From the NCBI RefSeq assembly GCF_021028975.2, contig NC_059438.1, forward strand, positions 24,428,001-24,492,000: a DNA stretch of 64,000 bases, read 5' to 3'. This document shows positions 13,023 to 25,177 of the stretch, piece by piece. Within the stretch, counting starts at the first letter, position 1. Every line of letters begins with the position of its first letter. Source of the DNA: Sphaerodactylus townsendi (Eukaryota). The position numbers and the translations under genes were made by a program. The notes beneath the pieces were generated by a model. It was not told the DNA's origin, ran no database searches, and saw only the letters and a list, made by a program, of their open reading frames with translations.

Positions 13023-15409
13023 TTTTTTCTAGGTGTGTGTGCTAGGAAAGAAAAGTATTGGGGGGGGGGAGGTGCTAATACCAGTCATATAAATGTGCGG
13101 GGCTTTCGTGTGGCTGCTGTGAATAGATTTCCCAGGCCTTGTAGTCTGTTCAACAAGATAATCTTTTTCTGGTATTGGCTTGTTTCCATAATTGTTGCAT
13201 GACATCTCCGTTATGTGTGCATAAAATCTTTGTTCCCATAAACACAAACAACCATTCAGTATATAGTGCTGGAGTTAATGTTGAAAAGCTAACAAAAGGA
13301 AGTTTCTTATGCTGGCAGTTTTGCTGTATGCTTCTTCCAGGCCTGTCTGTCTCAGAGAGTGGCAGGAAGCAAATGAACAGGTCACATTCTCTTCTCTCTA
13401 GCTTGCAATATTGCTAATTTTCCGTGGGTTGGGTGATCTGGTTCAGATTTGGGTTGCTGTTTTATATCTAGAACTATCTAAACCCAGAGGATGAGCTTGT
13501 AGTCAGTGAAGTGCTAGGTTTCTTCACCTTGCATACTCACATACGGCCCCAAGCTAAGCCCCTTTCTACCTCCTCTGGTGCAGGGTAGTGAGATTGAAGA
13601 AGGATGTCCACAGCATGACTCTGGTGATCAGAGGAGGCCTGAGTGGGGGGGCCCGTTGCTAATTGAGAGGTTTGCTTCTGTCCCAATTATTGGGATTCTT
13701 AGCTGAGATTAAACTGTGTTCTGTCTTCAATCTTGGCATGTTGTGTGCTGAGGAGGAGGAAGTAACACAGCCCTGGCGGTTAACCAAGCTGGTGCCCATT
13801 ACGAAGTCACTCTGGTTCATTTGATGCCTAAATTGAGAAAGAGGACTCCTTTTCCTTGCCCCCTGTTATAGGAAAAGGTCTTTTAATCTTTCAGTTCTTG
13901 AGCCAAAAGACCTACCCAGCTGAACCATGAACAGCCAATTCCTTCTGCAGTGGTTACAGGCTGTCATTTGCTCAGTTTGAACAAACTATTAGCCTTGAAG
14001 CGGGTGTGGGCAGCTAGATTCCTGCCTCACAGGGTCCATGCAAATATCCAGGAGGTCAAACTGGCCTTTGGGTCAGTGGTTTTCTGCTGCCAAGCATCTG
14101 TATTCCTGGTTCCCAAAAATCAGGAGCAAAAAATGCCCGCTGAGATCCAGCACTCTCTGTCATGACTCATTTTGTGCTAAATGTGGGCCAGCCTCCTGCT
14201 GCGGCAGTTCTGATGCTATTGTGTTTGCTAGCAGGATTACCTTTGCACTGTGCTTTCCTCTTTGCCTTCCTTTCTTCTCTGGCCCCGACTTGTAGGCATG
14301 TTGTGTTGTGGTGGGAGAATCCTGCCCTGCCCTGCCCTGCCCTGCGCCCAGGCAAATTCGGCAAGGCGAGGCTTAACAAGCGAAGCTTTCAGGCTGGTGC
14401 GGAGAAGGCTCCATGGGATAGGAGAAGGCGGCAGTGGAGTTCATTTGCAGGACTGTGCTTACAAACTGCTTGAACTGCACTTTCCATGGCTGGTGTCAGC
14501 AGAACCTCTGGGGTGAATTTACGGCTCCAGAGGTGGCCGGCAGACTGGATATTGCTTGTTGGATTTGTCTTTCTATTAAAAATGCTCAGATAAAAGCCTT
14601 AAAAATGGCAGCTGCAGTGGCCTATTTTTAATAAACAGCATTCTTATTTAAAAACTAGCGGGCCGGGCCACACTTTGCTGTGGCTTTGTGTGGTAAGCTC
14701 GGGGGGGAAGGGAGGAGGAAGGGGAGAGGTGTTACAGCTGTTTTTACTGGGTGTCTGGGAGCGCTCCTCCTTCCTCTTCCTGTGCGGGCAAGTCCGGCAG
14801 CCTTCAGTTTAGGCCAACGTTCACGTACACGACGCAACGAAGGCGGGCAAGCCACGCCCCCCAGCACGGCGGCCCCTGATTGGTCCGCCATGGGTTTTGC
14901 AGAAACGTGCAGTTTACCAGGTTCAGGTATGGACTTTCGGCAATTTGAAGGTATGATTACCTGCCCACAATGGGGAGGTATGTCGTGGGAAAATTTGGTA
15001 GCATTCGGTCCAGGCGTTTCCGCGTTAAGGCATGAGGAACAAACGCACGGTTAGCTTTTTATATAGATAGATATAGATAAGTTGGCCTTTGGTATCTTAA
15101 ATTAGTCTTGATCAGAGATGAGTAGCATATCATACTTTTCTGGAGTTCCTTTCAGATGCCTTCAGTGCTTCTCCAGGGGCAGTGTTGCCTTAAACCAGAT
15201 TTCCTTCAGAGAAGTAGCTGGCATGCTCAGGGGTCTCCTTTCCCAGAAGAGCCAAATCATGTCCCAGGTGCTACATCTTTGTCACCTGAGAATAACTAGA
15301 TGCATAACGGAAGTGTGTCAACTTACTAGCCAGTACCTGAGACAGTTCTCTACTATTCCTTTCACGTTGAGAGCGTCATCTTGTATATGCAAGTGCTCTC
15401 AAGTTGCAA

Positions 15410-15532
15410 ACCACAACAAGGGTTTTTCAAGGCACGGGAGAAGCAGAGATGGTTTGCCATTGCCTTCCTCTGGAGAGTCTTCCTTGGTGGTCTGCCACCC
15501 AAGTACCAACCCTGCTCAGCTTCTGAGATCAG
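15410..15532 (-). mobile_element. 5S-rRNA-headed Sauria-type SINE fragment
   Basis: ccaagtaccaaccctgctcagcttctgagatcag is the reverse complement of the 5S internal region; ggtttgccattgcc is a BovB/Sauria-like tail. Confidence 0.65.
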
Positions 15533-15648
15533 CCTGTAACTGGCTATATTGGTTCATCAGCTGTTAGGGTCATAGCAGCTGTTTACAAAACTAACCATAT
15601 GAAATCCATGCCCTGTCATTGAGGGCCAACGGGGTGTAGAGGTTAGAG

Positions 15649-15772
15649 CCTTTGGCACTCCAGTTGTTATGGACTGCAATTCCCATCAGCCCCTGCCAAT
15701 TGACCATGCTGGCAGGGGCTGATGGGAATTGTAGTCCATAACATCTGGAGTGCCAAAGGTTTGCCACCACTG
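15649..15772. mobile_element. Palindromic hAT MITE lacking its left TIR, inserted in the head of an older SINE (about 15625-15900)
   Basis: TSD GGTTAGAG at 15641-15648 and 15773-15780; right end ggtttgccaccactg. Confidence 0.85.
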
Positions 15773-16956
15773 GGTTAGAGTGTTGGATTAGGATTGGGGG
15801 GACCAGTTTTGAATCATCACTCTGGGTCACCTTGGGCCCTGTCATACCCTCTCAGCCTAACTTACCCCGCAGGGTTGTTGTGAGAATACAATGGAGGAAG
15901 GGTGGGATAAATGCTAAGTACTTTTTATGGTGTATCCTTCAAAATTCGATTCTTTACAATAGAGAGTTCTATGGTAAACAGAATATTTCTGAGAAGGCAG
16001 TAGTTTCCGATTCTTACCTTTCACGGATCTCCAAGAAGTCCAAAGAACTGAAGACCTGTGTCAGTTGAAACAAGCTTCTTGACCTTTCCACACGTCAGCT
16101 GTTGCAGGTGGTTGCGGCAGAAAGTGCTGCCAGGCCAGGGCAACTTGTGGCAATCCTGTAGGGTTTTCAAGGCCAGAGTTGTTCAGAGTTGATTTGCCAC
16201 TACCTGCCTCTTTGGAGCAGCCCTGGATTTCCTTAGCAGTTTCCCATCCAACCTTGCTTATCTTGCTGCATTCTTAGTAGAAAACATTTTAAGGAAACTA
16301 AAAGCTCCCGAAAGTATTTTGAAACTTCAGCTTAAAAGAAAACTCCTCATTCCAAAAGAAAAAAACCGTTGAAGTGTAAGTTTCGGTATTTCCTAAATTT
16401 TCTACATTTTCCACCAGGAAATGAAACCTGGTGGCAGGAAAGAAAAGATCCCCCCATCCCCACCCTGGCAACACTCCTAGACCTTCCTACCTCTGTTACT
16501 TGCTGAAGTATTGAAATCTGGTTGAACAAAGAGTCCAAATAGCTACAGAGCACTCCTGGTTCCCGCGTAATTCTGTCTCCAGTGAGCTTATGCTGGAAGA
16601 AAGGCTGGAGTAAAGAGACTTAGGGCTGTTTATTGAGTTGTAGAGAAATATTTTGTGGTTGCTGGTCAAAAGTACCTACAGGGTTTTTTGTGGCAATGAG
16701 TTTCTGTGGCACACCATGCATTGCCGGTTCCCCCTACAGGTGGCTGCATGCGGCATCAGTAAGACTTTTAAGTTCAGATGTTGAAGCCTGAGTGCTGCTT
16801 TCTAAAGGAGATGCTTGGTGGGAAGGGATTGAGGGCTTGGTCAGATGAACGAGAACAATCGCTGCTGGTCTTCCTCTTGACTTTTTTTTTTAAAAAGTCT
16901 TTATTGTTAATTAGGAAAGACAGGGACAGAACTGACTTACGCATGACAGGTTAGAG

Positions 16957-17142
16957 CAGTGGTTCTCAACCTGTGGGTCGTGACCCCTTTGGGGGTCGAA
17001 TTACCCTTTCACAGGGATCACATAAGACTCTCTGCATCAGTGTTCTCCATCTGTAAAATGGATAAATGTTAGGGTTGGGGGTCACCACAACATGAGGAAC
17101 TGTATTAAAGGGTCACAGCATTAGGAAGGTTGAGAACCACTG
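16957..17142. mobile_element. SPIN (Space Invader / URR1-like) non-autonomous hAT element
   Basis: Ends CAGTGGTTCTCAACCTGTGGGTCG...GGTCACCACAACATGAGGAACTGTATTAAAGGGTC...GGTTGAGAACCACTG match the recalled SPIN/URR1 consensus; TSD GGTTAGAG/GGTTAGAT. Confidence 0.88.
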
Positions 17143-18430
17143 GGTTAGATGTTAGTCCCACATCTGCCTTTACATGTATGAGCCTACTATAGGATGGCAT
17201 CACAAATTAGCAGTCGTGTACAGGACTGTTGTTTCTCACTCGAGCCTCTTAGCCTTTTCTTACCAATAGGTGGGGGACCTCATTGAATCCACATATAGAA
17301 ATGATGTATAAATTGATGCATGGCCATTTCAGGTTGAAACAGTGTGGAACATGCATTTGTGCACAGCCTGGTAAATGCCAGTCCCCACATGTGTGCTTGG
17401 CTACTGACCACATGGAAGCAGTTTCTGTTTTTGTTCTAGAGATGTTCCGGAGGATTATATTGTGCGGCAGAGCCTGCCTGGTCTCCTACGTCCTTACTTT
17501 GTGACAGACATGAAGTCATTGGTTTGAGAAGCTCGTTTAACTGTTTACAAAACAGAAATGTTGAGGACAGTCTCCTAGCCCAGGAAACAAAGCTCGAAAA
17601 ATGAGTAGTAAAAACAGCTGCTAGCCCAGTTGTCGGGTTAGAGGGGATTCAGACCAGGTCCCATATCACATGGAGTCCCAGGGCTCTTAGTAGGAGTGTA
17701 TTTGGTACAAAAGGGGCATTTGTGTTTTCCTAGCTCCCCCACCCCACCCCCAGACTCCTTAACAATGTGCTGTGAAACAAAACAGGGATTGCCGGTCCTG
17801 CTGGTAATTGTTGTGCAAATATAATACTCCCTCCAAGCTGCTAAATAGGCCAGTGCTCTGTTTACATGAGGACGCAGCCAGCTTTCCAAGTGTAATGAGT
17901 CAGCTCCATGAACAGAAGGGGTGCGGAATTAATCTGGCATCCGTCTGGCTTTCTCTCTGCGAAACAGGTTTTCAAAACTCTTTGTAGAGTAGGTATGTTC
18001 CCTGGTTACAAATGGCCACATTGACATCCAGAGCAAACAGATTTTTTCATCAATAATTGAACTGCATGCATGGGCACATGGCTGCCATGGACTCCTTTGG
18101 ATCAGCCACTCTCAGTGGGATGGCACTGCTGGTGCTGGAGAATGCTGGCTGGTAAAATGTCTTGGCTGTCATTTACCTCATGCTACTTTTCCTACGAACC
18201 TGACTGTGTGTCCAAAAGGTCCCTTGTGTGCATGCCACTGTCCTGTGTATGCGGCATCCCACTTGGCACCAGTTGAGGACAAACTATTTGGGGCAATTGT
18301 TATGTTCTTGTATTATTCCCATGTGACTAGGAAGGTGGCCGGGGATATAACTCTCTTCCCATGCTTCCCAGCACTCTTGCTGTCTTCTTAGGTTGCAGCT
18401 AAGTTGATGAAGGTAAAGATTAAGGAAACA

Positions 18431-18880
18431 TTTATTTTATTTATTTATTTCTAAGGCTTTTATACCGCCCCATCCCCGAAGGGCTCTGGGCGGTGCACAA
18501 CAAACAAAAGCAACAGTATAGAATAGTTAAAACATTAAAAGCAGCAGTAATTAATAATTATCAGGAAAATGAAATAAGAGTGGGTCCAACATCCTAATTT
18601 CAAAATTCCCTCCCCCCCCCCAGAGGGAGGCATGGGGGCCTCGGTAGGTGACCAGTGACCCAGATGTCAGGGTCAAACGAGGACCAAACAAGGAGCCAGA
18701 CGGGGGGGCATCACATCAGCGGCCGGTACCTCCAAAGACCCGGCGGAACAGCTCCGTCTTACAGGCCCTTCGGAACTCACCAAGGTCCCGCAGGGCCCGG
18801 ACAGCCGGAGGGAGAGCTTTCCACCAGGCCGGGGCCAGAGCCGTAAAGGCCCTGGCCCGCGTGGAGGCCAGCCACATCAT
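18431..18880 (-). mobile_element. L2 LINE 3' end
   Basis: Minus ORF RARAFTALAPAWWKALPPAVRALRDLGEFRRACKTELFRRVF is an L2 ORF2 C-terminus; (TTTA)n tail. Confidence 0.85.
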
Positions 18881-20330
18881 TGCTAGGAAGCGGGTGTGTG
18901 GGTTCTCCTTTGGGGTTAGAAATGGGATTTGAAGAGAGATCTTTGAAAGATGGGCAGCTGAGCTTCTTGGAATGAGGAAGGCATAGCCGTCATTCTCTTT
19001 CCTGGGTGTTTCAAACACCAGAGGAAGGTGATTGTGAAAAACTTCCAAAGATGCCTCAACTTGATGACTTTGAGTGAAGAGCAGAATGTGGCCAGCCATC
19101 TCTGTGTGACCCAGCAGCTGGTGTCTCAGTAATGGTGCCTGTTGTGGTGCCATGTGCAGCCATTACTGGTGGAAAGTATGGCGTAGAGAGCAGACCAGAT
19201 TTCTAACCTTCTTCTGTGTGATGAACTTGGTAAAAACTACAACTTGTCCTCACTTCATCCTAGCCCCTACGTACACCCCCCCCCCCACACACACACACAC
19301 ACCCAGAAGTCACAATTTCACTTCAGCCATTAAGCTCTCAGATCTTTGAGAGGGACTGGTGAGATTTCTGATTTTTGTTGTCTCTCCCCATCCTCCGCTG
19401 GCTGTGGAATCAGGAGTCTCCGTGTTCCTGGACAATTTCCTGCCATTGTTTCAGGGGGGAAAGGCTTGCTGTGAAGCCAAGTTGCTGGACACAAGAGTGT
19501 TCCCCTCATCCAGTGGCAGTCAGCAAAGGAAATATTATTTTCCAGGGCCCGTCCAATCCTGCTTTTCACGACAGAGTAAGATCTTTCTGTTAGTTGCGGT
19601 TGATTTACTGGTTCGTACAGGTGTGTTGATGGATTGTGCCTCGTTGGAGGTGATGTATTCTCTTAAAGTAATCAAAGAAGATGGCTGCGCACCCTGTTGC
19701 TGATCTGTTCCAACACATGTTGCTGCGACGGTGTATTACAGATGTCAGTTGTCTTTTCAACCCTGTAACCAAGCAACTCGTGGCATGGGCAACACAGCTC
19801 TGCCGCTCTGCTTCAGAAGTATGCCTTACCTAGACCCTGGTACAAAGGCAGCCGCAAACTGAATGGGGAAGGCTGCTGGAGGCACTGTGCTGGGAACATT
19901 AGGTGCTGACGCTGTGCTTTGCCATCTCTGCTTTCTCCTGGAAACAGCCCTGAGTAAGAGGGATATTTCATAGCCAGATCAAAGTTTACTACCCATTACT
20001 TGATGTGAGAGTCTTGGGATCATCCAGATAATTCACAAGACATCAAGGTTTGGCAGAGGCTGATCACTTCAGGAACCTGGAGAATACCGGATACTCTTGG
20101 GGTGCCTTGGGAGGCGTCATATCTACCTTCCGCTCGTGCTCGTGAAAGAGTGGGCTTCATGACGTGACTCTTTCTTCCAAGCTGCTTTCTTCTGCTGCTT
20201 TTGTTTTGGGCAGGTGTATGCAGATTTTTGGGTTGCAAACTAAGTATTTCCATTTATTCAAGCAGCCACTAGTGTTACCTTTTTCTTGTGAGAGCCTTGA
20301 TGGTGATCTCTGTGTTTTCTCTCCTTACAG

Positions 20331-20388
20331 ACCGTTGATGATGAAGCAATGGCAGCATAAATGAAGGCCAAGTAAGGAAGGCAGAACG
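20331..20388 (+). other. ANKRD11: ANKRD11 5'UTR portion of the first coding exon
   Basis: Pyrimidine tract and acceptor tgtgttttctctccttacAG ending 20330; 58 nt to the ATG at 20389. Confidence 0.85.
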
Positions 20389-20475
20389 ATGCCCAAGGGT
20401 GGGTGTTCTAAAACACCACAGTCTGAAGATTTCTCTCTCAGCAACGACATGGTGGAGAAACAAACTGGGAAAAAG
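20389..20475 (+). CDS. ANKRD11: Ankyrin repeat domain-containing protein 11, coding exon 1 (MPKGGCSKTPQSEDFSLSNDMVEKQTGKK)
   Basis: Translation matches the recalled vertebrate ANKRD11 N-terminus (MPKGGC...DMVEKQTGKK); 87 nt, phase-0 donor AAG|gtagtg. Confidence 0.96.
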
Positions 20476-20831
20476 GTAGTGGGTCTTTCTAACGTTTGTC
20501 TTGCTTCAGCCGTTGTTTTTGTTCTTCGGGGAGGGGGAGGGGACTGGCTTGGGCCTTCTGACCTCTGGGGAAAAGGAGAGGTCACTGAATACCACAATTT
20601 GAAAATCGAGGTCCAGCGACTCTGGCACAATCCATCCAAGGCCATGCCAGTGGTGATCGGCATCCTGGGCACCATTCTGAAAACACCAGGGCAGTGCTTG
20701 AAACATCTTACAATGGACAGTATCAACATCTTTCAGATTCAGAAGGCAGCTAAAATCAGTGATTCAGTTTTCTTATAACAATGCACTGTATCTCACACCC
20801 ACATAGTGATACTGATAGACTATACCTTCCC

Positions 20832-21148
20832 CAGCAGTGGCGTAGAGGGAGCAACAGTAGCATTGTGGTTAAGAGCAGGTGCGCTCTAATCTGGAGGAAC
20901 CGGGTTTGATTCCCTGCTCTGCTGCTTGAGCTGTGGAGGCTTCTCTGTGGAATTCAGATTAGCTTGTGCACTCCCACACATGCCAGCTGGGTGGCCTTGG
21001 GCCAATCACAGTTCTCTCAGCACTGTCTCAGCACCACCTACCTAACAGGGTGTTTGCTGTGAGGGGGAAAGGGAAAGGAGTTTGTAACCCCCTTTGAGTC
21101 TCCTTAGAGGAGAGAAAGGGGGGATATAAATCCAACTCTTCTTCTTTT
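20832..21148 (+). mobile_element. Squam3-like SINE inserted in the R4 remnant, with a duplicated head
   Basis: Same body as 12701; extra cagcagtggcgtag before the head. Confidence 0.88.
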
Positions 21149-21699
21149 TCAGAGTTCCAGTTGTTTACCACAGCCAGGTCTTTTAATTGTCCACCTTGAC
21201 CTTGATCTTCTCCAGAAATTGGTCATGCAATGCTTCATTGTTCCAGCTTTCAATCCTCGTTTTAATCACATTTTTTTTCTGTTTGGTTCTCTGGGCTTTC
21301 AGTAAATGTCTGTTCTTCACTTCAATCAATGCCTGTTCTTGACTTTCATTCACATAATCAGCCAGTGCATGTTTCTCCTCCTCTACTGCTTGCATTAAGC
21401 CTCTGCCACCAGATCTCCAGGGAAGGTATAGTCTATCAGTATTGCTATGTGGGTGTTAGATGTAGTTCATTGTTATAAGCTTCTGAGTTTTTCTATCCAG
21501 TGCATCCGAATCAGCCTGTCTCTGGCTGATGTACCTGATGATGGGTATGGCCCAGGTGTTGATGGCCTTGATGGTGTACCCACCATTTAATTTGGATTTC
21601 AAAATTTTCCTGACCATCTGGGTGTATTCACTGCTGGCCACAGTGAATGCACTTGCCCTTGCTTGATGTTATCCAGCTGGGTGGAGGAAGGGGAAAGTG

Positions 21700-21843
21700 A
21701 GGATGGGGTATGAGTCTGAAATTGTATGAGTATGATGTATTGTATGAAATTGTATGAGTATGATGTATGAGTCTGAAATTGTGTGCATTGAGGAATGCTG
21801 CTGTAAATTTCGTTGTGCGTGCACAATGACAATTTTTAAAAAA
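21700..21843 (+). mobile_element. Probable Rex1/Babar LINE 3' tail with short tandem repeats, nested in the R4 remnant
   Basis: aaatttcgttgtgcgtgcacaatgacaat terminal motif; repeated gtatgagt/gaaattgt units. Confidence 0.5.
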
Positions 21844-23974
21844 TGCTTATGCAAAATGCCCAGGTACGTATAGGCTTCCTTTTGGTTGCACTTGATTAGT
21901 TGGTCATCAGGCATTTCTGTGCTGTCACTCTCAGTGATCTTGCCCCTCTTTACCACCACAGTGGGGCACTTTTCCAGACCAAACTCCATCGGAATATCTG
22001 TGCTGAATATTCGGTCTGCGTTCACTAGAGACTGGATTTCTATTGTTGTTGTTGTTACTTGCCATCTAGTCACAACTGCCTAATGGCAAACCCCTTATTA
22101 TTTACTAAAATATGTATACCTGCCTTTCCTTTTGGCTCAAGGCTCACCTTTCTATATAGGTTTGCATCTCTGGGGAATTCCGGTCTGCATCTATTTGTAA
22201 TGTTAGTATCCACCCCAAGCCTTTGGAATGAAGCAGGCTTAAAAAACAAAGTCTAAGACTGCCTGAGAAGACGAATGTGCTAGGCTGGAATGTTTGCTGG
22301 GATCGTTGCCAGATTTCACACAAGAAGGCCTAGATGTTGAGGCCTGACTGCAGAGTGCTGCTGCTGATGGGCCTGGCGAGAAATTATCAGCATGTCCTTG
22401 ACTGCTTCATGGCATATAAGGCTGCAATTCAGAAATGCTGATTGCTGGAAATTGCAGAGAGGGAGCTGCTAGTTTCACCTGCAAGGAATGCTTCATGTGA
22501 GGAAAGGATACCGAAGGGTCAAGTTGCGCGGTTGGGGGGGGTGGCATTTTTGGAACAGTGGTGTCAGTCTTTGTTTTATTGCTCATGTTGGCTTTTGTGT
22601 TTTGTGTATAAGCACAATGCCACTGAGGATGGATTAGCGGGGATGGCTGCACCCCTGGATGTAGGAGGGAGAGTGCGTTCTGTAGTGGATGAAGGTTGTA
22701 CATTTGTCTGTTCTACTATATACACTCTTTGTACAGCTTGCACTTTTCTGGTATGCTTGTTAAAAATGGGGGTCTGTGAACTCTTCCTACAAGTGTGCCT
22801 GCTTCCCCCTGTCGTCATGTAAATAAAGACCGTGCATTGAGGAAGGTCCATCTTCCGGGCAGTGGATGCCAGCAACAGGGGCCCAGAGCGCCGCTGCTTC
22901 CCCCACTATATGCAGCAGGGCAGGCTGGCTCCAGCATGGTCAGAAAAGTGGGTCTTTGATGGCCTAGCCTTGATCTTCCCAACCTGTCAAGAAATGCACA
23001 GTCTCTTGTTCACAAGAGGGCAGGCGTGGGAGCCCAGTTAATTGGCTGTAGGAGACTGTGCCAATGTATCATTGCTCTCGAGTTAGCTTTTCTGCTGTGT
23101 GCTGAAACAGTGACTAAGGGGAAAGGCACTTGGTCATTAGACCTTTGCTTTCAGGGATTGCTGTGTACACACTTCTGGGAGCACAGCTTTTAATTTATCT
23201 TGTGTTTGTCAACACTCCACAAGGGCCTCTGCCTGCATGCCTTTGGCTGTCTTGGGTTCATTGGCTTGGGAGGGGCATGTCAGAAACACTCTGCTATAGA
23301 GGCTATTCCGAGACACCATTTGCTAACCCGCTGGGCCCGCAAGTGGGAACAGACAGGGCTGTGGAGTTATCATTTTTTGAATGAGCAGCTCTTGGAAGCC
23401 TGAGCTGGCACCGTAGCCAATTGATAGACACCTGCTTTGCACTGCCCAGTAGCTCCAGGGAGAGGGAGACGGGAAAGACCTTGTTGACCGTAGTCCCTGG
23501 GGAGCCACTGTGGGTCGGAGCAGACAACGTTAACCTGATCTGACTCACCTTCAGATGTGCGGCTGCATTAGCGGACACTAGTTCTAGTCACAATTGATTA
23601 GTCTGTTCAGACCATGCTGCTGACCAATTATCTTGCCTTGGCATCCCATTGGAATAAGCATATTAAAATTGTTTTGACCTGCTGTAATTGCTGTTTCTTA
23701 AAATTACAAGTTTAAAAAAAAAGGGACAGTTTGGGATTCAGGAAGTATTCAGAAAATGGAAGCGTTCTTTTCAGGAGAAACAAAGAACACGAGGAATTTT
23801 CACCCACTGAAATCTGTTTTCGGATAGTAAACAATGCTGGAATTGTCGTGTTTGGTGTGTATATTCCACACAATTGACCCCTTGTTGTTGGCATTCTCTG
23901 GTTCTCAGCATGGAGCTTTTTGCATAAGTGCTTATTGTTTGGGAAATCCAAGTTTCAAGGGTTTAACTGGGACT

Positions 23975-24031
23975 CTGGCTTTTATCTTGCACTTTTGAAA
24001 GCTGGCTTTTATCTTGCACTTTTGAAAGCTG
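23975..24031. repeat. Perfect 27-bp tandem duplication
   Basis: ctggcttttatcttgcacttttgaaag x2. Confidence 0.95.
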
Positions 24032-24563
24032 TGTGAACTACCTTGCCGTGCTCTGGTAACAAGGAATGGGGCAGCTTCTGTTGCCAGGCTGTAAATGTTA
24101 TATCCATGTATTCAGAAGAATTACCTCTCTTCCTCAAACACCTGCTCAGGGGGACTTCCCAAACAAATCTAATAAATATTATTAAAACATCCATTATAAA
24201 TATCTGTAAAAAGCAGCGTTAAGCAGACTAAATTTTTAGCTATAAAACAGCTCTCAAATTTAGACCATAAATTAGTTGAAAAGCAATTAATAACTCAAGT
24301 TAAAAGCTTGGGGATACCTATAATACCAAACAAAATGCCAGGTGCTCACCCTGTCTCTCGTTGCCACCCACCTTCACTCTGCGGGGGTGGGGGGCACACA
24401 GAGGCCAGGGCTTAGAAGGAATTATCCCAGTTGGCAAACTGGAAAGTATAGAAGGAGGTACTCCTTTAAATAACCTGGCCTCAAACTTTTTAGAGTCAAA
24501 GAACCGGCACTTTGAATTGTGTTCAGAAACAAATGGGCTGCCAATGCAAGCTTTTACCACAGT

Positions 24564-24690
24564 ATATTGTCAAAGGCTTTCATGGCCGGATTCAACTGGT
24601 TGTGGTGGGTTTTCCGGGCTATGTGGCCGTGGTCTGGTGGACCAGATCCACCAGACCACAGCCACACACCCGGAAAACCCCCACAGCCAG
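24564..24690 (-). mobile_element. Short Penelope-like insert with inverted 5' end (no ribozyme core retained)
   Basis: Terminus tattgtcaaaggctttcatggccgg; internal inverted repeat; 12-bp TSD TTTTACCACAGT at 24552 and 24691. Confidence 0.8.
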
Positions 24691-25098
24691 TTTTACCACA
24701 GTGCGGATGGAATCCTTTCGTCCAGCCTTCAACAATAACCCGGCTGTTACATTTTGAACCAGCAGAAGTTTCCAAAGAGTTTTCAAGGGCAGCCCCATGT
24801 AAAGCACACCTAACCTGAATGTGATCAGAGCATTCAACACTGTGGCTGGATCTTACTTTTCAAGAAATAGCTGTAGTTGCTGGGCCAGCCAGAGCTGATA
24901 CAAGATGCTGTGTGCATCCTGCTCTAGGACAGGCCGTCTTCTCAGTCCTGGATATGGCCTTATTAATTCCCATTTTAATGAAGCTGTCTTTGGGCAGGAA
25001 GGTACCAGTTGTGTTGTTCTAAATCTGCAAGTCTTTGGTACCACTGGGGAGCGAGTTCATGAACTTCGGTTGCTGAGATAGGATTAGAAACGTTAGGC

Positions 25099-25177
25099 CA
25101 GGAGTGTCCAACTCTGACGCTTCAGATGTTCATGGACTACAATTCCCATCAGCCCCTGCTGATGTTGGACATCTCTG
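25099..25177. mobile_element. Internally deleted hairpin hAT MITE (TIR CAGGRGTGTCCAAC)
   Basis: One arm of the shared core; TSD CGTTAGGC/CATTAGGC. Confidence 0.8.

Larger units (their letters stand above)
20570..22045. mobile_element. Rearranged R4/Dong-clade LINE remnant: RT on the - strand (20750-22045) and restriction-like endonuclease segment on the + strand (20570-20750)
   Basis: Peptides FSTDIPMEFGLEKC, YTYLGIL, RKILKSKLNGGYTIKAINTWAIPIIRY, TDRLYLP..GGRGL, KTESLILAA (-) and YHNLKIEVQRLW..PVVIGILG..IQKAA (+). Confidence 0.82.

Noticed and set aside
1-20330. Upstream non-coding ANKRD11 exons and the CpG-island promoter
   Set aside because: No CpG island or confidently recognisable UTR exon found; they probably lie upstream of the window
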